Shown piece after piece: positions 55,328 to 64,000 of a stretch of DNA of 64,000 bases; positions within the stretch are counted from its first letter, which is position 1, and each line of letters opens with the position of its first letter. The position numbers were made by a program, and so were the translations under genes. The DNA comes from Actinomycetota bacterium (GTDB lineage: Bacteria; Actinomycetota; JBBINU01): assembly GCA_037443725.1 (NCBI GenBank), contig JBBINU010000005.1:45334-109333 (forward strand), written 5' to 3'. The notes beneath the pieces were generated by a model. The model was not told where the DNA came from. It worked only from the letters and a program-made list of their open reading frames with translations, and ran no database searches.

Positions 55328-55355
55328 ACCCCGGGATGCGGCGCCGCGCTGACCT

Positions 55356-56204
55356 GTGTATCCTCCCGGCGTGAGGACAGCCGAGATCTTAGTCATAGGC
55401 AACGAGATCCTCGCAGGTATGGTCAGGGAGACCAATGCCGCCTTCCTTGCGCGCCTCATCACCGGCCTGGGCGGGTCCGTGGAAAGGATAAGCGTCCTCC
55501 CCGACCGCCTTGAGGTTCTCGCCGCCGAGTTCAGACGGGCGCTGGAAAGAGAGGTGAACCTCCTTCTCACCACCGGAGGCCTCGGACCCACCGCCGACGA
55601 TCTCACCCTGGAGGCCCTGGCCAGAGCGACCTCCCGGCCCCTCACACCCCACCCCGAAGCCCTCCGCATGGTGGAGGAAAGGTACAGGGAGCTCCACTTG
55701 AAGGGTCTGGTGGACTCTCCGGAGCTCACCCCCTCCAGGGCGAAGATGGCGAACCTCCCCCTCGGGGCCGAGCCCATCCCGAACCCGGTGGGAGGCGCCC
55801 CTGCCGTCCGACTCCAGGAGGGGAAGAGCACAGTGGTTTGCCTGCCCGGCGTTCCAGCAGAGATGCGGGCCATCGCCGAAGGACCCCTCGCCCCCGTTCT
55901 CGTCGCCGTCCTTGGTGCCGGTGCCTACCTCGAGAAGACCCTAGTGCTCGGCGTCACCGATGAGTCCGCCGTGGCTTCCCTGGTGGACTCGGTGGCGGCC
56001 TCCCACCCCGACGTATACGTCAAGTCCAGAGCCGCCCGGTTTGGGCCCGAGGGGAGAATCCGAGTGACCTTGGCGGCCAGAGGAAAGGGGCCCGGCGAGG
56101 TCGAGGGGAAGCTCGGCCCCGCCCTGGCCCACCTCCTCTCCCTATTGAAGGAGGCGGGCATCCAGGCAACGGAGGAGGGTTCCTCCCCCGAGGATCTCGG
56201 CTAA
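55356..56204 (+). CDS. CinA-like N-terminal molybdopterin-binding (MoCF-BD) domain protein
   Basis: AEILVIGNEILAG...LLLTTGGLGPTADDLT. Confidence 0.65.
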   Translation: MYPPGVRTAEILVIGNEILAGMVRETNAAFLARLITGLGGSVERISVLPDRLEVLAAEFRRALEREVNLLLTTGGLGPTADDLTLEALARATSRPLTPHPEALRMVEERYRELHLKGLVDSPELTPSRAKMANLPLGAEPIPNPVGGAPAVRLQEGKSTVVCLPGVPAEMRAIAEGPLAPVLVAVLGAGAYLEKTLVLGVTDESAVASLVDSVAASHPDVYVKSRAARFGPEGRIRVTLAARGKGPGEVEGKLGPALAHLLSLLKEAGIQATEEGSSPEDLG

Positions 56205-56335
56205 TCCCTGACGGCGTCCCCTTGGTCCCAGGGGAACCGGGATTTCTCCTTCGGCGGCAAGCCCGCAGTTTTGTTGGGAAAGAACGGCGATAGGGGGCTT
56301 TTGCAAATTTTTCGCACTCGTGATATCCGTTCCTC

Positions 56336-57145
56336 GTGCATCTTAGCCTGGCTGCTGGTGGACTCAGCACGGCCCTTGCCGCCTCGGCGCTGGCCCTCGG
56401 CTTCCGCCACGGTCTTGACTGGGACCACATAGCTGCCATCACGGATATCACCTCTTCACAAGCCTCCAGGAGAAGAGGCCTTGGCCTGGCCACCCTCTAC
56501 GCCCTGGGTCACGCCTCGGTGGTGTTCACCATTGGAGTTCTCGCCATTGCGGCGGGCGAGCGCCTCCCGCCCTCCCTCGACAAGGTCATGGGGAGAGTTG
56601 TGGGCGGCACCCTCGTCCTCCTCGGCTTCTACGTCCTGTACTCCCTGGCCCGCTACGGCCGGGCCTTCAGGATGAAGAGCCGATGGATGCTAGTTTTTTC
56701 CGGAGCTAGAAATGTCTTCCTCTGGCTCGAAGAGAGGCTGGGGCGAAAGCGCCGCCGGCCCGCCCGTCTCGCGGCGCCCGTGAGCGGTGGGAGCGGATCT
56801 CGATTTGCGGACCCCTTCGCCAACTACGGCCCCCTTACGGCCCTGGTTGTAGGAATGCTGCACGGAGTGGGGGCGGAGACACCGACCCAGGTGGTGATCT
56901 TCCTCACCGCCGCCGGCGCGGGCGGGGCTGCCCCGGGTATCGTCACCCTCGGCCTCTTCCTCGCCGGCCTGGTCGCAGCGAACACCGTGCTCGCCGTGGG
57001 AAGCTCCCTTGGGTATCTCGCGGCCTCCAGGAGGTTCTCGATCTACGCAGCCGTCTCCCTCCTCACTGCCCTGGTGAGCCTCGCCGTGGGCTCGGCTTTC
57101 CTGGCCGGAAAGGAGACGATCCTCCCGGCCCTGTTCGGAGGGTGA
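56336..57145 (+). CDS. NicO/RcnA-family nickel-cobalt transporter-like membrane protein
   Basis: HGLDWDHIAAI signature (HX4DH) and a second GMLHGVGAET half. Polytopic. Confidence 0.5.
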   Translation: MHLSLAAGGLSTALAASALALGFRHGLDWDHIAAITDITSSQASRRRGLGLATLYALGHASVVFTIGVLAIAAGERLPPSLDKVMGRVVGGTLVLLGFYVLYSLARYGRAFRMKSRWMLVFSGARNVFLWLEERLGRKRRRPARLAAPVSGGSGSRFADPFANYGPLTALVVGMLHGVGAETPTQVVIFLTAAGAGGAAPGIVTLGLFLAGLVAANTVLAVGSSLGYLAASRRFSIYAAVSLLTALVSLAVGSAFLAGKETILPALFGG

Positions 57146-57197
57146 CCCCGGGGCTTCGACCCCGGAACCAGCGCGATCCCAGCGCTCGCCACAAGAT

Positions 57198-58025
57198 CTA
57201 GACGAAATCTAGGGGGGGAGGCTCAGGGAGGAGGCCAGCCTGGTAGCCAAGGCGATAAAGAAGTAAGAGCCCTTCCCTGGCCCGGGGGGAGAGCTCGAGG
57301 GTCTCCCGATTTACGTACATTCCGACGAAGCGGGTGGCCCTCTCCGGATCGAGGCCCCGGCCAAAGGCGAGGGCATGCTCCAGGGCTTCCTCCCGGCTTG
57401 CGAGCGCGGCCAGAACGCTCGCCCGGACCGCATGGGAGATGGCCTGCCTTACCTGCAAGGGGAGGTCGCGCCTCACCACCACCAGGCCGAGGGGAAGGGG
57501 AAGCCCCGTCTCCTCCGACCACCACCTCCCCAGGTCCTCCACGAGTTCCATGCCCATCTCCATGAAGGTGAGCTGCCCCTCGTGGATCAGGACTCCTGCA
57601 TCTACGGCTCCCGAGAGGACCGCAGCCGGGACGTCGTCGAACCGGAGCTCCACTTCCTCCAGCTCACCCCTCCAGAGCTTGAGGAGGAGGCGAGCCGTGG
57701 TCCCCCTCCCAGGCACGCCCACTCGGGCGCTTGGCGGAAGGCCAGCGGCGCCCGCCCGGGCCACCACCACCGGCCCGTACCCCTCGCCCACGCTCGCCCC
57801 GGACAGGAGAGGCTGATAGTGACGGGCAAAGCGCGGGTAGCTGGCGGCCGAGACGGCCGTCACCTCCGCTCTCCCCTCCGCTGCCCAGCGGTTCAAGGTC
57901 TCGATGTCAGCTAGGACGTGTTCGAAGGCGAGACCTGGAGTCTCCACCCTGCCCGAAGCAAGCCCCCAGAACATGAAGGCATCGTCGGCATCGGGGCTGT
58001 GAGCCAGGCAGACGGTCTCGGCCAC
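57198..58025 (-). CDS. MqnA/MqnD-family menaquinone (futalosine pathway) biosynthesis protein
   Basis: LAHSPDADDAFMFWGL N-terminal motif of the MqnA/MqnD periplasmic-binding-like fold. Confidence 0.65.
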   Translation of the reverse strand: MAETVCLAHSPDADDAFMFWGLASGRVETPGLAFEHVLADIETLNRWAAEGRAEVTAVSAASYPRFARHYQPLLSGASVGEGYGPVVVARAGAAGLPPSARVGVPGRGTTARLLLKLWRGELEEVELRFDDVPAAVLSGAVDAGVLIHEGQLTFMEMGMELVEDLGRWWSEETGLPLPLGLVVVRRDLPLQVRQAISHAVRASVLAALASREEALEHALAFGRGLDPERATRFVGMYVNRETLELSPRAREGLLLLYRLGYQAGLLPEPPPLDFV

Positions 58026-58525
58026 TAGCCCACCACCCTGGCCAGCTCGTAAACCCAGGTTCCCGCCAGCGCCACCAGGAGAACGGGGGGAAGAAGCCTT
58101 CCCGCTGCCGGAGGAACGGAGTACCGGAACCTCCTCCCGCTAAGAGAGGAGTAGGTGAGGAATGGGAGGGAGAGAAGAAAGGCGAGAAAGAGGGGCGGCC
58201 CCAGGGGGTTCGAGAGGAAGGCCTCGGAGAACCTCCCCCGGCCCAGGGCGAGGAAGGACCGGGTGAGGCCACAGAGGGGGCAGGCGAGCCCCACGGCCCG
58301 GAGGGGGCACGGTGGAAGGTTTGGAGCCCAGCCCGCCAGGGAAAAGAGAACGGCAGCCAGGGCAGCAGCGGCGAGAAGACCCTCTTGGAGGAGGGTTTCC
58401 CGCCTACCCACCCTCACTGTCCTGCCAAGCCCCTCCCCAACAGCCGAGTCCACGCTCGCCCCTAAAGGCCCCTCACACCGCCAGCGTGAACCGCGCCATG
58501 GTTCCGCCCATGGGTCCAAGAGCAC
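58025..58525 (-). CDS. DUF2752 family membrane protein
   Basis: ACPLCGLTRSF motif between TM helices. Confidence 0.55.
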   Translation of the reverse strand: MLLDPWAEPWRGSRWRCEGPLGASVDSAVGEGLGRTVRVGRRETLLQEGLLAAAALAAVLFSLAGWAPNLPPCPLRAVGLACPLCGLTRSFLALGRGRFSEAFLSNPLGPPLFLAFLLSLPFLTYSSLSGRRFRYSVPPAAGRLLPPVLLVALAGTWVYELARVVG

Positions 58526-58979
58526 CCCTCACACCTATCCGGGAAAGGTCCCTCCCGAGCCCGGCCAAGATACCGATGAGGGCGGCCCAGATGATAATGA
58601 GAAGGGCACCAAGGACCACATTTATCCACCCAAGAATCACGCCGGCTCGCGCCAGCCCTTCCCCTGTAAGCGCACCCCGGCTCGCCGCGATGCGCCGCTC
58701 CGAGCTCCGCCCCAAAACGATGGCCACAATCCCCCCGACCAGCGGGCAGACGAAGAAACTGGCAATCCCAATGACCAGGGCAGCTACCGCGCCCCCATCG
58801 GTCTGGGCAGGGACCGCTGCGGCAGGAGGCTGGGCATAGCCGGAGGATGGTGGGCCCGTAGGGAGGCCCTCGGGGAGTGTCCCGGGTGTCGGCCGGCCTT
58901 CCAGTCTCACCCCACAGTTCGGACAGAAGGAGGCGCCCTCAGGGACCTCCCCACCGCAGGATGCGCACCTCACCTCCAC
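58473..58979 (-). CDS. DUF4190-like membrane protein with N-terminal zinc ribbon
   Basis: CASCG...CPNCG ribbon, Pro/Gly linker, two TM helices. Confidence 0.5.
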   Translation of the reverse strand: MEVRCASCGGEVPEGASFCPNCGVRLEGRPTPGTLPEGLPTGPPSSGYAQPPAAAVPAQTDGGAVAALVIGIASFFVCPLVGGIVAIVLGRSSERRIAASRGALTGEGLARAGVILGWINVVLGALLIIIWAALIGILAGLGRDLSRIGVRGALGPMGGTMARFTLAV

Positions 58980-59097
58980 CTCCTCTCCCCCACCCAGAAG
59001 GGCTTCTTTTTAGCACGTCCCGGGCGACCAAGGAAGGGGCGATCCGGCGCCCAGGGGGTTCCAAACCCCTCCCCCGCCGGGGGTCTTCAAACCCCCG

Positions 59098-62004
59098 CTA
59101 CCCGTAGAAGGCAGCCTCGAAGGCGCTCCTCGCCCTCCTCCTCACACTCCGGAGCCGGTCCATGAAGGCCTGCCTGGCGGGAGGGGGAAAGCCCAGAGAC
59201 CTCGCCAACGTCTCCTGCTCCTCGGGGACGGAGGGGAGAAGGTCGAGAGCCCGCCCCTTGAGAAAGAAGAGGGCCGAGCGAACCCTCACCTGAAATCTCC
59301 ACGCCTCCTCAAGGTTCTTCGCCTCGCGGGCGTCGAGGAAACCCCCCTCCGCTGCGGCCCGCAGCGCGTCCAACGTCCCCCTTGCCCGGAGGCGCTCCTC
59401 CCTTCCACCCCACCGCATCTGAGCCAGCTGCACAGCGAACTCGACGTCCGAGATCCCCCCCGGCCCAAACTTAAGGTCCAGCTCAGCAGGCCTCCCAACC
59501 TTCTCCCTCTCAAGCCTCGCCTTCATCCTCCTCACCTCAAGGAGGGCCTCGGGAGGGAGGCGGTCGGGGAAGGCGAGGGGGCGGGTGGCCTCTACAAAGG
59601 CCTCGCCCAGGGAGGGGTCGCCAGCGGCGTGCCTCGCCTTGATGAGGGCCTGAAGCTCCCAGGTCTTGGCCCAGCGGTTGTAGTAGGAGAGGTAGCTCTC
59701 GAGGGAGCGGCAGATGGGGCCGTCCCTTCCCTCGGGGCGGAGATCCAGATCCACCCGGAAGGCGGCCCCCTCCTGGGTCACGGTGGTGAGGTAGGAGAGG
59801 AGGCGCTCGGAGACGCGGGAGGCCCAGGGGTAGGGGTCGGGGGGGCCACCGGAGTAGACGAAGAGGAGGTCTATATCGGAGGAGTAGTTGAGCTCCTCCC
59901 CTCCGAGCTTTCCCATGGCTATCACAGCAAAGCTTGCCTGCCTCCCCTCCTCCTCAAGGCAGGCGGCGAGGGCGGCCTCGAGGACAGCATCGGCAAGCCA
60001 GGAAAGCTCCCTTCCCACCTCGGGCAGGTCGGCCCGGCCCGAGAGGTCCCTAAGGGCAATCCTTAAAAACTCTCGCCTCCTGAAGCGGCGGAGGGCGTCG
60101 AGGCGAGCCTCGGGGGCATGCCATGCGAGGGAGGCCAGCGCCTCCTTCACCAGGCCCTCTCTGGTGGGAGGCGCGTCCAGGCTACCCGGGTTCAGCAGGT
60201 ACTGGATCCACTCGGGAGAGCGGAGCATGGCATCCCCCACCACCTGGCCTCGACCGAGGTAGCGCAGGAGCTGCATGGCGGGGGTTGGGTTCTCCCTCAC
60301 CAGGGCGAGAAAGGAGGCATCCTCCCCATACTTCCTGGCTAGTTGGGCGAAGGAGGTGAGGGCCACGTCAGGGTCGGCGGCCTCGGCGAACCAGGGCAGG
60401 ATGACCGGGAGGGCGTCCCGGAGTACCCGGGCCCGCCGCGAGAGCCCGGTCGCCAGGGAAAGGAGGGTCTTCGAAGCCTGCCCGGGGTTCCTAAAACCAA
60501 TCAGTCTCAGCCTCTCGGCCCTCGCCTCCTCGTCCAGGCCGCGGGAAGCCGGCACAGACGCCACCGCGTCGAGGAGCGGCCGGAAGAAGAGCTTCTCGAA
60601 GACCCTTCGGGTAACGGCCAGGGTCTCCCTCCACACCTCCCTGAAGACCTCGACCTCATCCCTCCCGCCCCCCGCAAACCCCAGCGCCCGCGCCACCCAC
60701 CTCTCTCCCTCCTCATCCGCAGGAACCGTGTGGACCCGCCTCTCGTCCCTAAGCTGCAGACAGTGCTCAGCCCGCCTGAGGAAACGATAGGCCCTGGCCA
60801 GCTCCTCCGCCTCCGCCTCACCCACGTACCCCCCGTCCACCAGCCGCTCCAGCGCCTCGAGCGTTCCCCTTACCCGGAGAGAGGGGTCCCTCCGCCCGTG
60901 CACCATCTGCAGAAGCTGCACTGCGAACTCCACATCCCTTATCCCTCCCGCCCCGTGCTTGAGATCCCTCCTCCCCTTCGCCCCCTCCCTCTCAAGCCTC
61001 GCCTTCATCCTCCTCACCTCAAGGAGGGCCTCGGGAGGGAGGCGGTCGGGGAAGGCGAGGGGGCGGGTGGCCTCTACAAAGGCCTCGCCCAGGGAGGGGT
61101 CGCCAGCGGCGTGCCTCGCCTTGATGAGGGCCTGAAGCTCCCAGGTCTTGGCCCAGCGGTTGTAGTAGGAGAGGTAGCTCTCGAGGGAGCGGCAGATGGG
61201 GCCGTCCCTTCCCTCGGGGCGGAGATCCAGATCCACCCGGAAGGCGGCCCCCTCCTGGGTCACGGTGGTGAGGTAGGAGAGGAGGCGCTCGGAGACGCGG
61301 GAGGCCCAGGGGTAGGGGTCGGGGGGGCCACCGGAGTAGACGAAGAGGAGGTCTATATCGGAGGAGTAGTTGAGCTCCTCCCCTCCGAGCTTTCCCATGG
61401 CTATCACAGCAAAGCTTGCCTGCCTCCCCTCCTCCTCAAGGCAGGCGGCGAGGGCGGCCTCGAGGACAGCATCGGCAAGCCAGGAAAGCTCCCTTCCCAC
61501 CTCGGGCAGGTCGGCCCGGCCCGAGAGGTCCCTAAGGGCAATCCTTAAAAACTCTCGCCTCCTGAAGCGGCGGAGGGCGTCGAGGCGAGCCTCGGGGGCT
61601 GCTCCCAGCACGTCACGGAGGGCCTCTCTCTTAAGGCTCTCCCTCGATCTTGGCCCCGCGATCCTTCTCGCGTCTAGGACGAGATCGAGGTCCTCCGGGT
61701 GACGGAGGAGGTAAGCCGAGAGAGAGCGGGATAGGCCAGCCAGACCGGCCAGGCGCTCAATCCCTCCTGGCCTCTTGAGCGCCGCCGTCAACCAGCTCCG
61801 GCCGCGGGATGAAGCGAGGGAGGAGAAAAAAAGGATGGCGTCCCGGGGGGAGGCAGCCCTCGAGACAGCAGTGAGCAGTCTCTCGCCCCATTCGGGGAGA
61901 GGACCCTCGGGAACGATGCCAAGCTCCCTCAGGGGTCTCTCGGCCCACGGACCGAGGCCGTACTTGGCGAGGGAGGCCTTCCGCCCAGCCACCACGCCCC
62001 CCAT
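59098..62004 (-). CDS. glnE: Bifunctional glutamine synthetase adenylyltransferase/adenylyl-removing enzyme GlnE
   Basis: 968 aa with two nucleotidyltransferase cores (AMGKLGGEELNYSSDIDLLFVY) and GlnE C-terminal domains. The two cores are identical here (see repeat). Confidence 0.9.
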   Translation of the reverse strand: MGGVVAGRKASLAKYGLGPWAERPLRELGIVPEGPLPEWGERLLTAVSRAASPRDAILFFSSLASSRGRSWLTAALKRPGGIERLAGLAGLSRSLSAYLLRHPEDLDLVLDARRIAGPRSRESLKREALRDVLGAAPEARLDALRRFRRREFLRIALRDLSGRADLPEVGRELSWLADAVLEAALAACLEEEGRQASFAVIAMGKLGGEELNYSSDIDLLFVYSGGPPDPYPWASRVSERLLSYLTTVTQEGAAFRVDLDLRPEGRDGPICRSLESYLSYYNRWAKTWELQALIKARHAAGDPSLGEAFVEATRPLAFPDRLPPEALLEVRRMKARLEREGAKGRRDLKHGAGGIRDVEFAVQLLQMVHGRRDPSLRVRGTLEALERLVDGGYVGEAEAEELARAYRFLRRAEHCLQLRDERRVHTVPADEEGERWVARALGFAGGGRDEVEVFREVWRETLAVTRRVFEKLFFRPLLDAVASVPASRGLDEEARAERLRLIGFRNPGQASKTLLSLATGLSRRARVLRDALPVILPWFAEAADPDVALTSFAQLARKYGEDASFLALVRENPTPAMQLLRYLGRGQVVGDAMLRSPEWIQYLLNPGSLDAPPTREGLVKEALASLAWHAPEARLDALRRFRRREFLRIALRDLSGRADLPEVGRELSWLADAVLEAALAACLEEEGRQASFAVIAMGKLGGEELNYSSDIDLLFVYSGGPPDPYPWASRVSERLLSYLTTVTQEGAAFRVDLDLRPEGRDGPICRSLESYLSYYNRWAKTWELQALIKARHAAGDPSLGEAFVEATRPLAFPDRLPPEALLEVRRMKARLEREKVGRPAELDLKFGPGGISDVEFAVQLAQMRWGGREERLRARGTLDALRAAAEGGFLDAREAKNLEEAWRFQVRVRSALFFLKGRALDLLPSVPEEQETLARSLGFPPPARQAFMDRLRSVRRRARSAFEAAFYG
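59503..60117. repeat. 615-bp direct repeat, copy A (inside glnE)
   Basis: Nucleotide-for-nucleotide identical to 60985..61599 (offset 1482 bp). Verified by reading both stretches. Confidence 0.9.
60985..61599. repeat. 615-bp direct repeat, copy B (inside glnE)
   Basis: Identical to 59503..60117. Flanks diverge immediately on both sides. Confidence 0.9.
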
Positions 62005-62193
62005 GATGCCAGACGCGCGGGCCAGTGGAGGGTGATCCGGGAACTGCTGGCGAGTGACCCCGAGGAGGGGGCCTCCGAGGGCCGGGAGGTGACTGGGGAA
62101 TTTTCAGCTGGTTGCCAATCTGTCGTAAGCTCCCTTACAAGCGGAGCCAGGTACAGGCACGCTGGCGTCCGAGGGGCGGGAGGTGACCCGGGA

Positions 62194-63630
62194 ATGTTCA
62201 GGCTCGTCCCAAGGCAAAATCGTGGTGGGCTTCTCTTCGCCATCGCTGCCGCTGCGATGAGCATTTTCTCAACAGAACCCACTATAGAAGCTGCAAACAT
62301 CGGCGTCCTGCCCACGATTCCTGCCGTGCGGGAGTGGATCCCGTCAAGAGGAGTCTTCGATCTCCCCCCTCACCCACGAGTCGTTTTCTGGGGAGCGCCA
62401 GCATTACGGGACGTAGCAGAGGTGCTCGCGGACGACCTGCGCGAGCTAGCGGGCATCCGTGCTGACCTCGTCGCAGGCCCTCGCCCCGGCCCTGGGGACG
62501 TATTCCTCGCTGTCGACCCCCACCTCAATCTCGGTTCTGAAGCCTACCAGCTCGAAATTGGGAGCTATGTGAGAATAACGGCCCGAGCAGAGCGGGGCAT
62601 CTTCTACGGAACTCGTACGCTCCTCCAGTTACTGCACCAAAGCCGCCAACTGCCCGCTGGTCGGGTGCGAGACTGGCCACGCTACCCGGAGCGTGGGCTC
62701 ATGCTTGACGTTGCCAGGAAGTTCATATCACCGGGTTCGATCAAAGACGTCGTGCGCGAGCTTGCCTACTTCAAGTTGAACTATCTGCACCTTCGCCTTT
62801 CGGACAATGAGGGTTTTCGCATAGAAAGCAACAGCCATCCTGAGATCGTATCAGAGCAGCACTTGACCAAAGACGAAGTCCGGGGAATCATAGAGTTCGC
62901 AAACCGATATCACGTCATTGTGGTGCCTGAGATCGACATGCCCGGCCATATGGGAGCTGCCCTGGCACCCCATCCTGAGCTACAGCTTCGCAATGCGCTC
63001 GGTCAGCCCGCACAGGACAAGCTAGACGTCACAAATCCAGCAGCCTTACGTTTCGCCCACGAAATCTTGGACGAACTTATTGCCCTTTTCCCGGGGCCCT
63101 ACTGGCACGCAGGGGCAGACGAGTACATGCCCTTAGCTGAGTACCCGCTTTACCCGAGTCTGCGAGAATATGCTCAAGCCAAGTACGGACCGGTGTCCGA
63201 CCCGAAAGATGCGGTGCTCGACTTTATCAACTGGGTCGACCAGGTGGTACGCACCCACGGCAAGACCTTGCGCGTCTGGAACGACGAACTCGGCGGCGGC
63301 CGGGCGGCAAGACCAAACCCCAGCATCATTGTTGAATGGTGGACAAACTTCAGCCCCCTTTCTGATCCCGCCCCGCCCGGACCGCGGAAGCTCCGATGCC
63401 AGGAAAGAAGAGGACCTCTTGCTGGAAATCGCCCCCAGACTCCGGGTCATTGCCCAGAAGACCTGGGAGTCACCTCAGCCGTCCTACCCGGAGTTCATGA
63501 ACAGATCGGAAAAAGTGGGCCACGCGCCGGGCGCGCGCATATTTGGGAGGCCTGCCACCGGGGCTGCCTGGCTAGCTGGGGAAGACAGGCGGAAGACTCC
63601 AGAGCGGCAGTCACTACCGGCGACAGGTAG
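62194..63630 (+). pseudogene. Beta-N-acetylhexosaminidase (GH20) with signal peptide; 3' end frameshifted
   Basis: HLRLSDNEGFRIES, VVPEIDMPGHMGAA GH20 catalytic region. After ~63390 the frame degenerates, and a GH20-like C-terminal block (PRLRVIAQKTWES) appears in another frame (ORF 63170..63709). Lower GC than the rest of the window. Confidence 0.6.
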
Positions 63631-63812
63631 CTCCCTCCCAGTCCCCCTCCTTATGGCGTTACTCGCCGCCCCAGCCTTTAGCGCCTTGCTCAAGCGGCAA
63701 AGCAGCTGAGGGCATCCGTTCTGGCAGCTTAGCTGCGGGCGTCCGCCGAGCTGTCCTCCCCCGGGCTAGAAAAGCCCCGCGTCTGCAGCATAAGCAACCT
63801 AAGATTGTAGCC

Positions 63813-64000
63813 GTGGCGATCCTGAAGGTGGCCGCTGGTTCAGCCCGATCCTTCGGGCTCACCCAGCGTCAGCACCAAGCCCTGCTCTTCCTGCGGGGCT
63901 CGCGCGAGAAGGATAGGGCTGGTTGGCTGCCGCTACATAAGCTCCGCAGATACCTCGTGGCGGACAAGGCCACTGCAGGACAGCTCGTGGCCCGGCTCGA
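63813..64000 (+). CDS. Putative MarR-like regulator (5' fragment, runs off window)
   Basis: GTG start. GLTQRQHQALLFL...LHKLRRYLVADKATAGQLVARL resembles a MarR wHTH. Confidence 0.3.
   Translation, partial: MAILKVAAGSARSFGLTQRQHQALLFLRGSREKDRAGWLPLHKLRRYLVADKATAGQLVARL

Noticed and set aside
59098-62004. Interpreting the glnE repeat as two separate genes or a mobile element
   Set aside because: A single uninterrupted 968-codon frame with GlnE architecture spans both copies. There are no terminal inverted repeats or transposase.
1-64000. CRISPR arrays, rRNA or tRNA genes
   Set aside because: No regularly spaced short repeats and no rRNA/tRNA-like conserved stretches were recognised by eye. 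A tRNAscan/Infernal run would be needed to exclude tRNAs definitively.

Overview
A high-GC (~70%) chromosomal segment, probably from a thermophilic Actinobacterium-like organism (Rubrobacter-like is a guess only). This is supported by leaderless starts, DUF3040/DUF4190/DUF2752 genes, sepF, and TCGAAC-N4-GTTCGA LexA boxes. The first ~16 kb is a minus-strand division/cell-wall (dcw) cluster: mraZ-rsmH-ftsL-ftsI-murE-mraY-murD-ftsW-murG-murC-murB-ftsQ-ftsZ-pgeF-yggS-sepF. ftsA, ddl and murF are missing from it. Downstream there is an SOS island with two identical LexA boxes embedded in sigma70-like promoters, one driving dinB-ku and one driving a small ORF plus dnaE2. A TetR/diiron-oxygenase pair sits between them. 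After that come thiGHSE, a PASTA Ser/Thr kinase, nfo, and a DAHP synthase preceded by a Trp/Phe/Tyr-rich leader peptide and an intrinsic terminator (a transcription attenuator). The rest of the window holds two tandem CoA-transferases, an orphan VapC, a DsrE-TusA-SQR-like sulfur module next to a GAF histidine kinase/NarL pair, plsC, several small-molecule metabolism genes, and glnE. glnE contains a perfect 615-bp internal direct repeat that makes its two nucleotidyltransferase cores identical. The window ends in a lower-GC segment carrying a frameshifted GH20 hexosaminidase. No rRNA, tRNA or CRISPR was recognised. Many long plus-strand ORFs antisense to the dcw genes are treated as GC-driven artefacts.
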